This document shows positions 10,426-23,707 of a stretch of 64,000 bases of DNA, piece by piece; position 1 is the first letter of the stretch; every line of letters begins with the position of its first letter. This DNA is from Batkoa obscura (Eukaryota), in NCBI GenBank assembly GCA_030770535.1, contig JASVEC010000010.1:1240001-1304000 (forward strand), in the 5' to 3' direction. Position numbers and translations under genes: made by a program. The notes below the pieces were generated by a model. The model did not search any database. It was not told the DNA's origin and worked only from the letters and a program-made list of their open reading frames with translations.

Positions 10426-12518
10426 ATGAATCAACAGCCAATAGTACGAATAACGAATGTAGCCACTATACCAACAGATGAATTATCTCCCCCAGAATCT
10501 AATAATCAACGGTATTTAGCACCTTATCCAGCGCCTTCTCATACAGGTAAAGAAAACCCGCTACCAGAGATGACGTTATATCGAGCCAATTATTCAGGTA
10601 AAGAAGTGATGGAAATCGAAATCGATGGTATCAATTGTATGAGGCGGTTAGAAGATAGTTGGATCAATGTAACTCAGTTATTAAAAGTAGCTGGTTATGA
10701 AAAATCAAAAAGGATTAAAGTGTTAGAAAAAGAAGTATTTAATATGAAAGAACATGAAAAGGTACAAGGAGGCTATGGTAAATATCAAGGTACTTGGTAA
10801 GTCTTGAATTTATTTTAATTTATTTTGAGCTTTTATTAATCTTTCGTAGGATACCTTTTGATGTAGGAGTGCGAATAGCTAAACGACATGGAGTATATGA
10901 TAGGGTTAAATTATTATTAGATGTTGATATTAAATACGCTATGAATTTACCCGAAAAAAAATTGCCCCATGGCGCCACTGTAGCTCGAAGAAGTACTTCA
11001 GTTCATAATCCTATCACTAAAGTCATTAAAAATAAAGTGAAACCGTTACCAAGGTCAAAGAGTGATGGTAAGAGTTTAAGGGACACATTATATAAAATAA
11101 ATCTTAATGCAGCTGTTAAACCAGGCAGTAATAATAATAACAGTATACAAGAAAAACAAAAAAAGATGATTCAATTAACAAAGGAGGCTCAAATGGAAAA
11201 AGTGAAAAATCTATGGTTAAGGAATTTTTTAGAGGGGGAAGGGACTGATAATTATTTACCTGATTCTCTTTTAAACACCGATACTGGCTTAGTCAATGTT
11301 CCTTTGGATACTCATGGCCATACAGCTATTCATTATGCAGCCTCAATGGGAAGATCTAAAGCATTAACACAATTGATTGCTATAGGTTATTTACCCAATA
11401 CTATTTCTAAAACAGGCATAACTCCGTTAATGCGATGTGTTATTTATTCGCATTCTTATCAACTTAAAAATTTTGATTGGATATTAGCGGAATTAGAATG
11501 TAGTTTATTAGTTGAAGATAATTCTCATAGAAATGTACTTCATCATTGTGTTATTGCAGGGAACCAAAGACATCATTATCAAGCTAGCTATTACTATTTA
11601 ACAAAGATAGTTAGTAGTATTCGTGGGTTAGGGTCAAAGTGTCATAAAATTATAAACGGTCAAGATAGTAACCTGGATACCCCTTGTCATTTGGCTGCTA
11701 GATTAGAGTATTTTGATATGGTTAAACTATTTTATGATAATGGAGCAAATTTGCAGATTAAAAATAGTTCATTTTTATCCGTTTTGGATTATTTACCTAC
11801 ACATGTAAGTTTATTATTATTATTTAAAAATGGAGATACTAATTTTTTTTAGGTTATGGAAAAATATTTCTTACAAGGCAAAGAACCTGAACAAATAAAA
11901 ACTCAAGATCAAGGTCAAGATCAAATCCAAAATGAAAATCAAGAACGAGATCAAGCTCAAGCCCAAATTCAAGATCAGAAACAACCCCATAGTCAATCTT
12001 ATAGTCAATCTCATAGTCAACTTCAAAGCCAAGCCCAAATTCAAAGTGAAGAACAAGAGCCATTCCAAATCGAATATACATCAGATTTACCAAGCAGGAT
12101 AGAAAGCGATGTTAGTAGTCCAGAGCAAGCTTTAAAAGAAAGGATAGCGTTGGACTCCAAGATGGATAGACGGAAAGGGGACTTAATTAGTGGTAAATTT
12201 ATAAGTTATAAATCATTTTATAAAAAGTTAATGTTTTTATTGTTAGCTGTAGAATTATTTTCTAAAGAAATGAAAGAAGAACATGAATTTCAATTGCATC
12301 AAAAGGATATACTGATTGAAGATTTAAAAAATCAATTAGAGTTAACTAATAGGAAATTAAGAAATATTACATTGGCCTATAATGCTTCGAGTGCTGTATT
12401 AGCTATAGCTAAGAACACTCCTTCTCTTAAAAAATATTTAATTCCTCCACCTACCCCACAACATAATCCGATAAGGATAGAAAATGAATCAGATGAGTTG
12501 GAGTTTGATATGGAATGA
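10426..12518 (+). CDS. APSES (KilA-N) plus ankyrin-repeat cell-cycle transcription factor, Mbp1/Swi4/Res-like; introns ~10797-10849, ~11805-11852, 12193-12246
   Basis: [19 protein letters not shown]...[18 protein letters not shown] (APSES); [15 protein letters not shown] and DTPCHLAA ankyrin repeats; C-terminal coiled-coil-like region. Confidence 0.92.
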
Positions 12519-13528
12519 AGTTGTTAAGTTTACCTCATTTAAAGTAGTAGTTGAAAATTGATTTGGATTTGTATGTTTTAATAAATTAAGTTGAGTTATT
12601 ACCAATTGAAAATTTATTTATTTTTTATTTGTTTAAATCGTCTTTATTTCTTGTTAAAAATAAGTTTTAGTTGTCACTAGCATAGATAATCTTTCCCTAT
12701 ATATTCTCCTAAATGTTTTGCTTTCCGCCTAGGTTTCTAGTCATAGTTTAACCTATCTTTATAACTACAATTGCAACATACACAAAGCACCCCTTTAGTC
12801 TTGTTCTTTTCTGATCTAACAATCTCTTCTCTGGTTGCAAGTAACTGATTTGTAATAAGCTTATTTATTTATTGTAAAAAACTAGAGCTAGTGGGACCTT
12901 GGGACAATTAAATAAGCTTTTTTGTCTCTGTTCCTCTACAGACCATAGACCCTGTCACTAATTCATTCAAATGCGCGTCTTTGATCTTTTCATTGCTTTG
13001 CATGTTTAGCAATTTTTTAGATCTTTTATTGAAACAAACATTGTTTGTACTTGAATTTCTAAAAAAAATTAAATAAAGGGTAAAATAAAATAGTCTTATT
13101 AAGATGTTAAAACTACTATGCTTTAAAGATTTTTACATAGCTACCTTAGTTGGTTATAGGTTATTTAGTTATTTACAATATCATTATACTAATTGGATTC
13201 AAAATATTACTTAATTTCTTATTACTTAACAAGGTTGAAAAGAACCTTAGCTGCGGCTCAATTAATTTGATGATTTATAACATGAGCATGACTTTCAATA
13301 TTTATCCTTTTGTGAACCTAAAATCCGTAAAAAACAACCTCACTTGAATTCCAAAAACAAAAAATTACTCATTTGAATTAATAATCAATTTATTTGTGAA
13401 TATATTACTATTAAGAGTGAATCTTTTCATTTGAACATTTTGTCCATCTTTAAGTACCTTAAAAATTTAAGCGACTGTCGATTAACTCTATAAATAAAAA
13501 ACACTAACACTTTGAATCAATCAAATAT

Positions 13529-14143
13529 TCAATAAAATAGCCACTTAACGAGTGAAATAAAGTCCAAGAAAGGGATCATAGCCGCTAATCCAGACATAGC
13601 TAAAAAGGTAGCAAAATACAAAGCCCAGATAAGTTGAGAATCTACCCCATTGATAAAGAGGAAGCCCATAACTAAAAGGAAGGGCAGGGAAGCATAGGCT
13701 AAAAAGTTAAAGAAAACAAATCCTTTTCTAGTGATATTGACGTTATTGGAGCTGTATAAAAATACTGAATAACCAATTTGATAGATTAAATAGATTAAAA
13801 ACCACTTATTCATAGCTGTTGAGTTCTCTTTAGGTGAGGGATTGAAGATCAAAGTGAATAAAATAGAAGAAATAGTTAACGCTATTTGTGCTAAAGTAAT
13901 GAATAGATAGCTCGTGTTATTACTTGAGAAGTAGCTTAATTCATGAATGTTGGCTGGTTCTGAGATAGAGCCATAATTGTTTTGAATATCTAACTGGCGT
14001 TGATTACCTCTGAAATGGCTCAGTAAAAAAGTAATAATTGCTAATGGTAAGATATATATCAATGGTAAACTGCTTAGGAATAATGTGAATTCTACAATTC
14101 CCATGTAGTCATCGTCCTGATTCAGTGTGTATTGTAATTTCAT
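13529..14143 (-). CDS. Hypothetical membrane protein (about 5 hydrophobic segments)
   Basis: 204-aa open frame with several TM-like stretches; family not recognised. Confidence 0.75.
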   Translation of the reverse strand: MKLQYTLNQDDDYMGIVEFTLFLSSLPLIYILPLAIITFLLSHFRGNQRQLDIQNNYGSISEPANIHELSYFSSNNTSYLFITLAQIALTISSILFTLIFNPSPKENSTAMNKWFLIYLIYQIGYSVFLYSSNNVNITRKGFVFFNFLAYASLPFLLVMGFLFINGVDSQLIWALYFATFLAMSGLAAMIPFLDFISLVKWLFY

Positions 14144-14175
14144 TTTAAATTTATCTAAGATGTTAAAATGATGAT

Positions 14176-14610
14176 TATATGGTTTCTGTACTTATAGGGG
14201 GATTTTGTGTATTCCTGATTAGTAAGTTACTCAATCCCCAAATTATGTCATTTTTATGCTTTCTTACTGGCTTATACTTTTTTATACTTTAGTACTTATG
14301 CTTAGGATTTTTGTTTATATTTTTTCACAAAATTAAAAAATTGGTTATTTAAGTTTATATGTGACTGTATTTTTGTTTGAGAATTTTGCTACAATTTTTC
14401 CCACTCAAATAGCACTTAAAAATGGAAAATTAATGAAATAAAAAAAACATCCCCATATGTTGAAAGAGTTCTTATACGGTTTCTGTACTTATAGGTGGAT
14501 TTAGTGTATTTCTGATCTGTAATTTACTTCCCAAATTAGGTCATTCTTACGTTTTACGGCTTATACTTTTTATACTCTACTTATTCTTAGGATTTTTGTT
14601 TATATTTTTT
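14176..14610 (+). repeat. Imperfect tandem duplication (~14176-14325 and ~14472-14610) separated by a MITE
   Basis: TTATAyGGTTTCTGTACTTATAGG...GGCTTATACTTTTT...CTTAGGATTTTTGTTTATATTTTTT occurs twice. Confidence 0.85.
14361..14454 (+). mobile_element. MITE copy
   Basis: Family core with right end CATCCCC|ATAT and a mutated left end. Confidence 0.8.
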
Positions 14611-14664
14611 CTATAAATTGAATTGTTTGTTTAAGCTTATATTTAATAAAAGTTTTCATTATAT

Positions 14665-14763
14665 GGGGGTATTTTTTTTGGCTTCATTACTTTTTCCATC
14701 TTTTAAGTGCTATTTGAGTGGAAAAGTTATCAGTAAAATTCTTAAACACAAAAATACATCCCC
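14665..14763 (-). mobile_element. MITE copy
   Basis: ATAT|GGGGGTATTTTTT...AAAATACATCCCC|ATAT. Confidence 0.88.
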
Positions 14764-15750
14764 ATATATTTATGGTATCCAAAGAAAACAACGGCATTTG
14801 ATAAGTCAATTCTAGATCATACGGTTCTTATAAACATTAATTGTTCTATTTTCCAAGTCTTTATAAATATACATATAAATAGCATCCTTCGACACATAAG
14901 CTAAAAGGCTTGGAAACCCGCCCTTGTGCAGTTTAATGTGTCTTAGCTAATAAAATAAATATTGTAAATTTCAAAAATAGATTAAAAATAAAACTAATAA
15001 TTTGGGTGAATTTAAGTTCTTTTGTAAGTTCTTTTACGTAAAAATATGCTTTTTATTTTCACACTATTTCTAATCAAATTACTACTCTTTCAATATATTA
15101 AAGATCATAAAAAAGTTGAACCTTGGGTTTTAGTCAATCCAATATACAAAGTTAGTAAACGTCGCCATAGATACGTAACCCCTATAAATAAACTAAGGTA
15201 TTACAACAAGCTATAAGAGATTATAGGAATCTAAAGCTAGTTAAAAATAGATTTTGAGAACCCAACAATTAAGCTTGTTAATTTATTACAACAAAAACTA
15301 TCATAAGTTCAAAATATACTGTATTTAAAGAAGTAAAAATATTAATCTTATGGAAGTTATTAATTATTCAATATTAAACTACAGTTAAATTATTTAATAA
15401 ATTAAAAACGTATCCAAATGCTTAACAATTTGATGGATTTTTTGCGATGACGGTTACTTGCTATTAATGTTGTGCTAAATTGGTATACGATTAATAAAAG
15501 ATAAAAAATTAAAGAATAATATTTGAGAAGAAAAGTATAATAAACGACAATTAAATATCACCAGGGGCAACTTAATAAAAGGAGACTAGTAAATTTATCA
15601 AAAACAGAATGGATGAGATTTCATAAAAAAGAATAAACTGAACAAGGGTACCTTTAAAAAAATCCAACTGGGGTACTAACAAACTAAAAACTATAAAAAA
15701 ACCGCTTATTTAATATTTTTTTAAAAAAAAACTGAAACTAGAAATACACA

Positions 15751-16884
15751 ATGAAGTTCACTACTAAACTTCTGGTAGGTTTACAAGTGCTCAATTATTA
15801 TGCTCAAACGGATAATAGTCGGTCCAGTGATACTCCTCAAGCTCGTATCATTGGTGGAGAAAAGGTATCTGAACCATGGAAATATCCCTTTATGGTATCC
15901 TTAAAGAAATCCAATTTTCATTTATGTGGTGGCACTTTATTGAATCAAAATCAAGTAATTACAGCAGCCCATTGTACAGGTACTGTGGATAAGTGGACAG
16001 TAACTTATGGTATCAATGATTTAACTAAAAAAGAAGGTGAAGAAAGCTATTCTGGGGTCAAAGTCGAAGTAAGAAAAGTAGCTAAAATAGTTCGTCATCC
16101 AGATTATAATGGAGATACAGATGATAATGATGTAGCTGTCTGGACCTTAGATTCACCATTTAAAAACTTTAAACCAAGTATTAAATTAAATGAAGATGCT
16201 AATATTTATAACAAAAAAGTATTAGTCTTAGGTTGGGGTTTTACTGCTGAGGGTCAAGATCAAGCTACTCGATTTTTAAATCAAGCCTTTATTACTTTGT
16301 TCCCTCAATCTCAATGTAAAGATTTGTATAAAAATATGAAGCTTCGATCTTATGATAGTAAGAAACATCTATGTGCTGGTGAACTTACCGGGGCTAAAGA
16401 TGCATGCCAAGGTGATTCTGGTGGTCCATTAATCCTTGCTGATACAATGGAATTGGTTGGTATCACCAGCTATGGCATTGGCTGTGGTCGTAAAGAACGT
16501 CCTGGTATTTATACTAATCTTTTAGAATATTCTGCATTTATTAAAGAAAATTTGATGAATAATAACACCGATAAACCTAGTGAATCCATTCAACCTAGTC
16601 AAACTACCCAAACTATCCAAACTACTCAGTCTACTCAATCCACACAACTTACTCAAACTAGTAAAAGTACCCTCACTGCTGCCCCAACCGCAACAAAACC
16701 AAAACCACAAACAGCATTTTCTACCCAATGGTTTACTATGGGTCCAAGACCAACTCGAATTAATGATGATCCATGGAGGAATCTACCCAATGGATGGGAG
16801 GTTCGAACTGTACCATTAGTACAAGCCCAGCCAACTTATTATTATCCACAACAACAACCTCAATACTATTATTATTATTATTAG
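15751..16884 (+). CDS. Secreted trypsin-like serine protease (S1A) with a Thr/Gln/Pro-rich C-terminal extension
   Basis: R|IIGG activation site, TAAHC, NDVAV and KDACQGDSGGP (Asp in the S1 pocket). Confidence 0.95.
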   Translation: MKFTTKLLVGLQVLNYYAQTDNSRSSDTPQARIIGGEKVSEPWKYPFMVSLKKSNFHLCGGTLLNQNQVITAAHCTGTVDKWTVTYGINDLTKKEGEESYSGVKVEVRKVAKIVRHPDYNGDTDDNDVAVWTLDSPFKNFKPSIKLNEDANIYNKKVLVLGWGFTAEGQDQATRFLNQAFITLFPQSQCKDLYKNMKLRSYDSKKHLCAGELTGAKDACQGDSGGPLILADTMELVGITSYGIGCGRKERPGIYTNLLEYSAFIKENLMNNNTDKPSESIQPSQTTQTIQTTQSTQSTQLTQTSKSTLTAAPTATKPKPQTAFSTQWFTMGPRPTRINDDPWRNLPNGWEVRTVPLVQAQPTYYYPQQQPQYYYYYY

Positions 16885-17548
16885 TTTCTAGTTTTTTTAA
16901 TTAAACTATAAAATAGGATTTTAGAGGTTATATATACGTTTTTTTTTCTAATTGAATAGCTGTGCTTTTTATTAATAAATATTTTTTAATTTTAGTTACT
17001 TATTGATTTTATTAGCATTACTTTCTTTATTTTATTAAATATTGAGTATTAGACCATGACCTAATACCAGATTAATATATTTTTATATTGAGACTACTAC
17101 TTCTAAAAGACAGTGATGCTCGTTTAACAAGCCCAAAGCTCAAATTTTGCCTTATTCAACTTGATATTAAAGTACTTTAAGTTAAGAATGAAGAAAAGTA
17201 ATGATAAAACCCTATCTTCAAAATGAGATAAAGCTTTAAATAAAGCACTATAAGATATTATTGGATAATTCAATCCTAATAAAGACACTGTACTGAAATA
17301 GCAGCCTAATAAAGATGTTAAAGAAGACCAAAATGGACATCCAAAATTATGAAAAAGTAACATTATATGGCGATGTATTTTTTGTCTAAGGATTTTAATG
17401 GTATTATTTTTATTGTTATTCAGTTAAATTAACAAGTGGGGACTAGTATATTAAAATTTACAAATTAAAATACTGTTTTTTTGGTTGTTTAATTTTATGC
17501 TAAGCACCTGAAATTAAAAAATTAGATAAAAAAAATCTCTCAAAAATT

Positions 17549-17620
17549 GGGCTCAGCAGGGAATTGAACCCTGGACCTCTCGCACCCAAAGCGAGAATCA
17601 TACCACTAGACCACTAAGCC
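17549..17620 (-). tRNA. tRNA-Pro(UGG)
   Basis: GGCTTAGTGGTCTAGTGGTATGATTCTCGCTTTGGGTGCGAGAGGTCCAGGGTTCAATTCCCTGCTGAGCCC. Confidence 0.95.
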
Positions 17621-17781
17621 ATTTCGGTATTAAGGTGGATAAAGCACAAATAATATATAAAATGAATTAAAATTAATAAAAAGTTATTAAAACAAGTATT
17701 TTTCGAAAAGATTGATTTACAGAAAAGTAAAAACACAAAATTATAACCTTTTTAAATAAATTTGAATTTTCAGAAGGAAAG

Positions 17782-20011
17782 ATGAATAAAAGAAAGGACA
17801 ATTTTACACAAGTTGAAGAGCCAGCTAAACAGATCAAACGAGATAGTAAAATATTAATTCAATTTGAAAATAATGAGGGTAGTAAATTAGCTAATACATT
17901 AAATTTAAATTGTGATATTGGACCCCAAGGGTTAAATTTAATATTAAATCAGTTATTGGAAAATGTAAGTTTGATTAGTTGGTTTTTCATAATTTGCGCT
18001 TTAGTTTATAAAAGAAAAAAAGCAATATCTATCAATCGACAATGTACATGTTTTTTGTTAACTTAATATTAATAGGAAGAACCTTTACCTTATTTATTTA
18101 AAGTTGGTGAAGATGAAGTTAGTACTAGTATTTTAGAAGATATATTGCAAAAAAATAAAAAAGGATTAGAAGATACTATTACTATATTGTATCAGCCACA
18201 AGCCATATTTAAAGTTAAACCAGTCACACGATGTAGTTCGACTTTAAATGGTAAGTAAAACTATCTTTATTTTATAGCTATTGCTTGTTTAAATAATTGT
18301 TTTTTATCTATTTAAACTAATTTTGTTGAATTAATGATCTCATTCTTTTAATTTTAGGTCATACCGAAGCCATTTTAACATTGAAATTTAGTCCAGATGG
18401 CAAATATTTAGCTACTGGAAGTGGAGATACCACTATTCGATTATGGGATTTAGCTACAGATACCCCCAAACAATGCTTACAAGGTCATAAAAGTTGGGTA
18501 TTAATGTTGGAATGGTCACCGGATGGTAATTATTTAGCTAGTGGTGGGATGGATAATACGGTAAGTTTTAAGACAGGATTTGGAGTTTATTTCTACAGCG
18601 GAATGATGTATTAATAAGAATATTTTAATCTAGGTAATTGTTTGGGACATTCAAAATGAATGTAAAAAAATGGAATTAAAGGGTCATCGTAAATGGGTGA
18701 GCGATTTAGCTTGGGAACCCTATCATATGTAAGTGATTATTATATCATTTGTATTATTTAATTGTTTAGCTTTATAATTTATTTTTAATTTATTTTTAAT
18801 TTATTTTTAATTATAGTAATTCCAAAACCCCACGATTAGCTTCAGGGTCTAAAGATGGTACTATACGTGTATGGAATCCTATTAATAAAACTACCATATT
18901 TACTTTGTCTGGACATACTTCAAGTGTTACTTGTATTAAATGGGGTGGAGGAGGATTAAACTCTAGCTATAAAAAAGGGGTTATTTATTCCGCTTCTCAA
19001 GATAGAAGCATTAAACTTTGGTGTGGGGAAACAGTAAGTAATATTAAAATTATTTTATTGTTTTAGTTTCAGTTTTGTTAATAGAATGGATGAAAAAACA
19101 AAATGTTAATCAATATATATATCTAGTTATTTATATTTTTATTTAGGGCAAATTAATTACTTCATTAGATGGTCATGCCCATTGGGTTAATTCATTAGCC
19201 TTATCAACGGATTTTGTATTAAGAACAGGTCCCTTTGATCATCATTGTCGTAAATTAGAAACAATTGAAAATGGTAAATTGAATTGAATTGAGTTTATAT
19301 AGTTATTTTATTAAATATTGAATTTTTTATTTTAGCACCTAAAGTAGCACTAGAGAGATATGAACAATGTTTAAAAGACCAAGGAATTAAAGAAGAAATT
19401 TTAGTTTCTGGTTCCGATGATTTTACAATGTACCTTTGGAATCCGTTTAAAAATAATAAACCAATTCAAAGAATGACTGGTAATTTAATAATAACAATAA
19501 TAGTACTATAATTAATTATTAATTAATTTTTTAGGCCATCAAAAATTGATTAATCAAGTTCAATTCTCACCTGATGGTCGATATATTGCATCTGCTTCCT
19601 TTGATAAAAGTATTAAATTATGGGATGGTAAAACTGGAAAGTAAGATTATTATTATTATTATTTTATATAATGACAATATACTAATCTCTACTTTATTTT
19701 ATTAGTTTCATCCATAATTTACGTAGTCATGTACAATCCGTTTATCAATTAGCATTTTCTTCAGATTCTAGATTAATAATTTCTTGTTCTAAAGATTCCA
19801 CTGCTAAAATATTTGATTTGAAATCTTCTAATGTTAAAGTTCATTTACCTGGGCATTTAGATGAAGTTTATACAATTGATTGGTCACCTAAAGGTGATAA
19901 AGTAGCTTCTGGGGGTAAAGATAAATTGTTAAAAATGTAAGTTTTATATTACATACTTCTTGTAATATATGAATATTAATTGCTTTCTATTATTTTAGAT
20001 GGAGAAATTAA
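17782..20011 (+). CDS. RSA4: Ribosome assembly WD40 protein Rsa4/Notchless (about 10 introns)
   Basis: N-terminal NLE domain, [64 protein letters not shown] and [27 protein letters not shown]. Confidence 0.93.
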
Positions 20012-20231
20012 ATCACTAAATAGAATTGTTAAAGTATTGATTTAATAAAAATATATAATAGAATATTAAAATAGAATATTAAAATAGAATATTAAAATAG
20101 AATTAAAATTAAAATTATTTATTTAAATAAAAATAAAATGAAAATAATTATATTTTAAATTTATATTTTTATTATATATTATATAAGGTGTTTTTTTATA
20201 AAAAAAAGTTAAAGAAATAGTTGAGAAGAGA

Positions 20232-22112
20232 TTAATGAGCCCAATCATAAGATTTTTCAACAGCTTGATTCCATTTTTTAAATTTAGAATCTCTAGCTTC
20301 TTGATCAATTTTAGCTTCAAACTTATTAACACCAAAGTTGTTAACTTCATTCAAATGTTCTAAATCCTTATAAATACCCAAAGCTAAACCAGCAGCGACA
20401 GCAGCACCTAAAGCAGAAGTTTCTCTCATAGCAGGACGAACAACAGGAATACCCAATAAATCAGCTTGAATTTGCATACATTCATCACTATTGGTCATAC
20501 CACCATCAACCATTAAACTAGTTAATTCTTGTTGACTATCTTTATTCATTGCTTCTAAAATAGCTCTTGTTTGGAAACAGGTAGCTTCTAAAGCAGCACG
20601 TGCTAAATGATGTTTAGTTGCATATTGAGTTAAACCTAAGATACAGCCTCTTGCATCAGTACGCCAATATGGGGCTAACAAACCAGAAAAGGCAGTAACA
20701 AAATAAACACCTGCAGTATCTTCAACTTGTTTAGCTAGTTCACCAATTTGTGGTGCAGTTTGAATGATATTTAAATTATCTCTTAACCATTTAATAGCAG
20801 ATCCAGCAACAGCTACTGAACCTTCTAATGCATAAACAGCAGGTTGATTACCAAATTTATAACCTAAAGTAGTTAATAATCCATTGCTAGAGAAAGTGGG
20901 TTTTTCACCAGTATTGAATAACATAAAACATCCAGTGCCATAAGTATTTTTAGCAGTTCCTGGAGTAAAACATTTTTGACCAACAAAAGCAGCTTGTTGG
21001 TCTCCTAATACACCAGCAATAGGAATACCATTCAATTTACTTTCAGATCCAAAAGTACAGTAAGTTTCACTACTAGACAAAATTGATGGTAATATAGATT
21101 GTGGAAATTGGAAGAATTCTAGTAATTTTTCATCCCATTTTAAAGTATGAATATTCATTAAACACATTCTTGATGCATTAGTAACATCAGTTACATGAAT
21201 TGGTTTACGATTATCTCCTAAGGAATATTGCTATAAAAAAATAATACATATATTAATAAATGTTATATTATATTATAATTGTATTAACTTACGTAAATTA
21301 ACCAAGAATCAATAGTACCAACCATTAAATTATCATTATCTAAAGCTTGTTTAACAGCTTCGCTATTCTCAATTAACCAACGAATCTTTAAAGCAGAAAA
21401 ATAAGTAGAAATAGGTAAACCACATAATTTCTATAAAAATATAAAATAAAAGGATTAGTAAATATATGAAAATGTTATTATTATTATTCTTATTTACTTG
21501 TAATTCTTTTTCATTATAACTATCTTGATATTTTTCAACTAAAGCTTGAGTACGACCATCACACCATACTAGTTAATTATTTAATTAAACAATTTAATGT
21601 TATTATAATATTAATAACTTACCAATGGCATTATGTAATGGTTTATGTGTAGTTTTATCCCAAGCAACTAAAGTTTCTCTTTGATTAGTAATACCAACAC
21701 CTAGTTAAATTAAAAGTTAATATCAATATAATATATAATATAATGAACTCTACCTTTTAAATCTTTAATATCTAAACCCATTCTAATAAACATATCAATA
21801 GCTTCATCAATACAATTATTAACACTATCAACAATCACCATAGGATCATGTTCTACCCAACTAATAATAATAAAGTAAATATTAATAACTATATTATAAT
21901 GATAATAACAATAATAATAATAATATTATTATTATTATTTTATTTTTATTTTTATTTTTAACTTACCTAGCTTGTAAACAAATTTGATCAAATTCTTTTT
22001 GAGCCATAACAACTACTTTACCATTTTTATCAAAGATAATAAAACGAGAAGAGGAAGTGCCTTGATCAATTGCACCTAAGAAAGGGGCTTCAAAATTCTG
22101 AATTTTTTCCAT
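20232..22112 (-). CDS. GUT1: Glycerol kinase (multi-exon)
   Basis: [54 protein letters not shown] and VDGGM; ATG at 22112. Confidence 0.96.
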
Positions 22113-23374
22113 AATATAGTTAAAGTTAGTTTCTAATTTATTAAAAAAGTTTTTATCCACGATAAGTTCAACTCACTTTATTTATATTACTTTTTATTAG
22201 CTCTCTTTATTATTCTTATAAATTTAAGCAATGGTTTCAATATCACCTGCTTTCTCCCACGGCATCGATAACCTTGAGTAATCTATTGGAAGTTATATCC
22301 CCTTCTCGATGTTTATTGGCGCTTGAATTTCGAAGTTGAATTTTAGATCAGATGATACTTCTATTTATAGCCATTATTCAATGAAAGCACAAAACTTAAC
22401 CAATCAATTCAAGACTTGTGTATGGCAATCAAAGTTGAAGTGAATAGAAACATCAAATTATTCATTTAATAACAACATTAATCCATTTTAAACTCAATAT
22501 AGTTTGTGGTGAGCTTATTCTAGATGGAAATGGCTTATATTTTTGGTAAATTTAAGTTAACATATAGGTTCTAAAGAAGTTGAATGTTTATTATTTGTTT
22601 GGAAGTGTTATGCGTTACTTAAGGTTCAATTTTAAAATAATTTATGTTGTGTCGTGTGATATTAGTTTGAAATTAATATTCAAATGTTTTTATGGATTTT
22701 AAAGTTTTTTTAATAGGAGAATGCTCAATTTTTTTACATTTTTAAGAACTAAATTATGGTTTTTCTCATCTGATAGTTAAAGTTTGAAGAATTGTAGGAA
22801 TCGTTTTTTATTTCGAAATTTTAGTTAGTATAAAAGATGAGCAAAAAGCTTAAATTTTATTTAACTCTAACAAAACTTCATAGTATCAAAATTAGTCTTT
22901 ATTTTGTAATAAAAAATAAATGAAGTTTTTTAAGTTTAGCTTATCTTTATAATAATAACAAAAGCCCTAAAATCCATAAAATTATAGTCAAGTTTGTTGA
23001 ATACTTTAATAGAAAACAATTCTTGATAAAAATTTCAATTTTTATCAAATAGAATAAAAAAGATTAAAATAAAATGGAATTAAAAAAACATTTACTTTAT
23101 ATTGACAATAAAACTTCACAATATCCAAATCAGTATTGATTTTGTTAAAGAACAAATGTATGATCTTAGGTAAAATCTATTGTTATTTCAATATAATCTT
23201 GAAATCTATTAATTTATGATCTATATTCACCTGATGGTTAAAATCCCAATCAAATGAAATTCATAGTGAAGAATATTTTTTCGAAGATTTAAATAGTTCG
23301 AAAAATAAACAAAGAATTAAATTAAAATCACTTCACTTCTACGTACTAAGTAGGATATTAAAATAAAAATACAA

Positions 23375-23446
23375 CTTCCTCACGGGGAATCGAACCCCGG
23401 CCGTTCCGGTGAAAGCGGAAAATCCTAACCACTGGACCATGAAGAA
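23375..23446 (-). tRNA. tRNA-Glu(UUC)
   Basis: TTCTTCATGGTCCAGTGGTTAGGATTTTCCGCTTTCACCGGAACGGCCGGGGTTCGATTCCCCGTGAGGAAG. Confidence 0.93.
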
Positions 23447-23707
23447 CGTTCTATTCGTTGTGTATCATGTGATAGTAACTATAATAAATATTTGTAAAAT
23501 CAGTTTTTATACTAAGGATATTTTAATTTGAACCTAAAGTTTAGGTAAAATTCAAATTCAAAGATAAATTATTCACCAGATTAATCTGATGACTTAATAT
23601 CATTTAAAAAAATAAATTTCAGTTCAGTTCTTAAGTTTTAATTCAGTTCAATTCAGTTTATTTAATCTATTATAAAAAAAGTATATTATTAACCACCAAC
23701 AATAAAA

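Noticed and set aside
12660..13060. Coding-like minus-strand stretch downstream of the APSES gene
   Set aside because: Only short stop-interrupted frames with no recognisable homology.
14618..14815. Short ORFs with similar peptides (14618, 32227, 39828, 41392, 59519, 60423) that look like a gene family
   Set aside because: They are translations of the ~98-bp MITE with inconsistent starts and stops.
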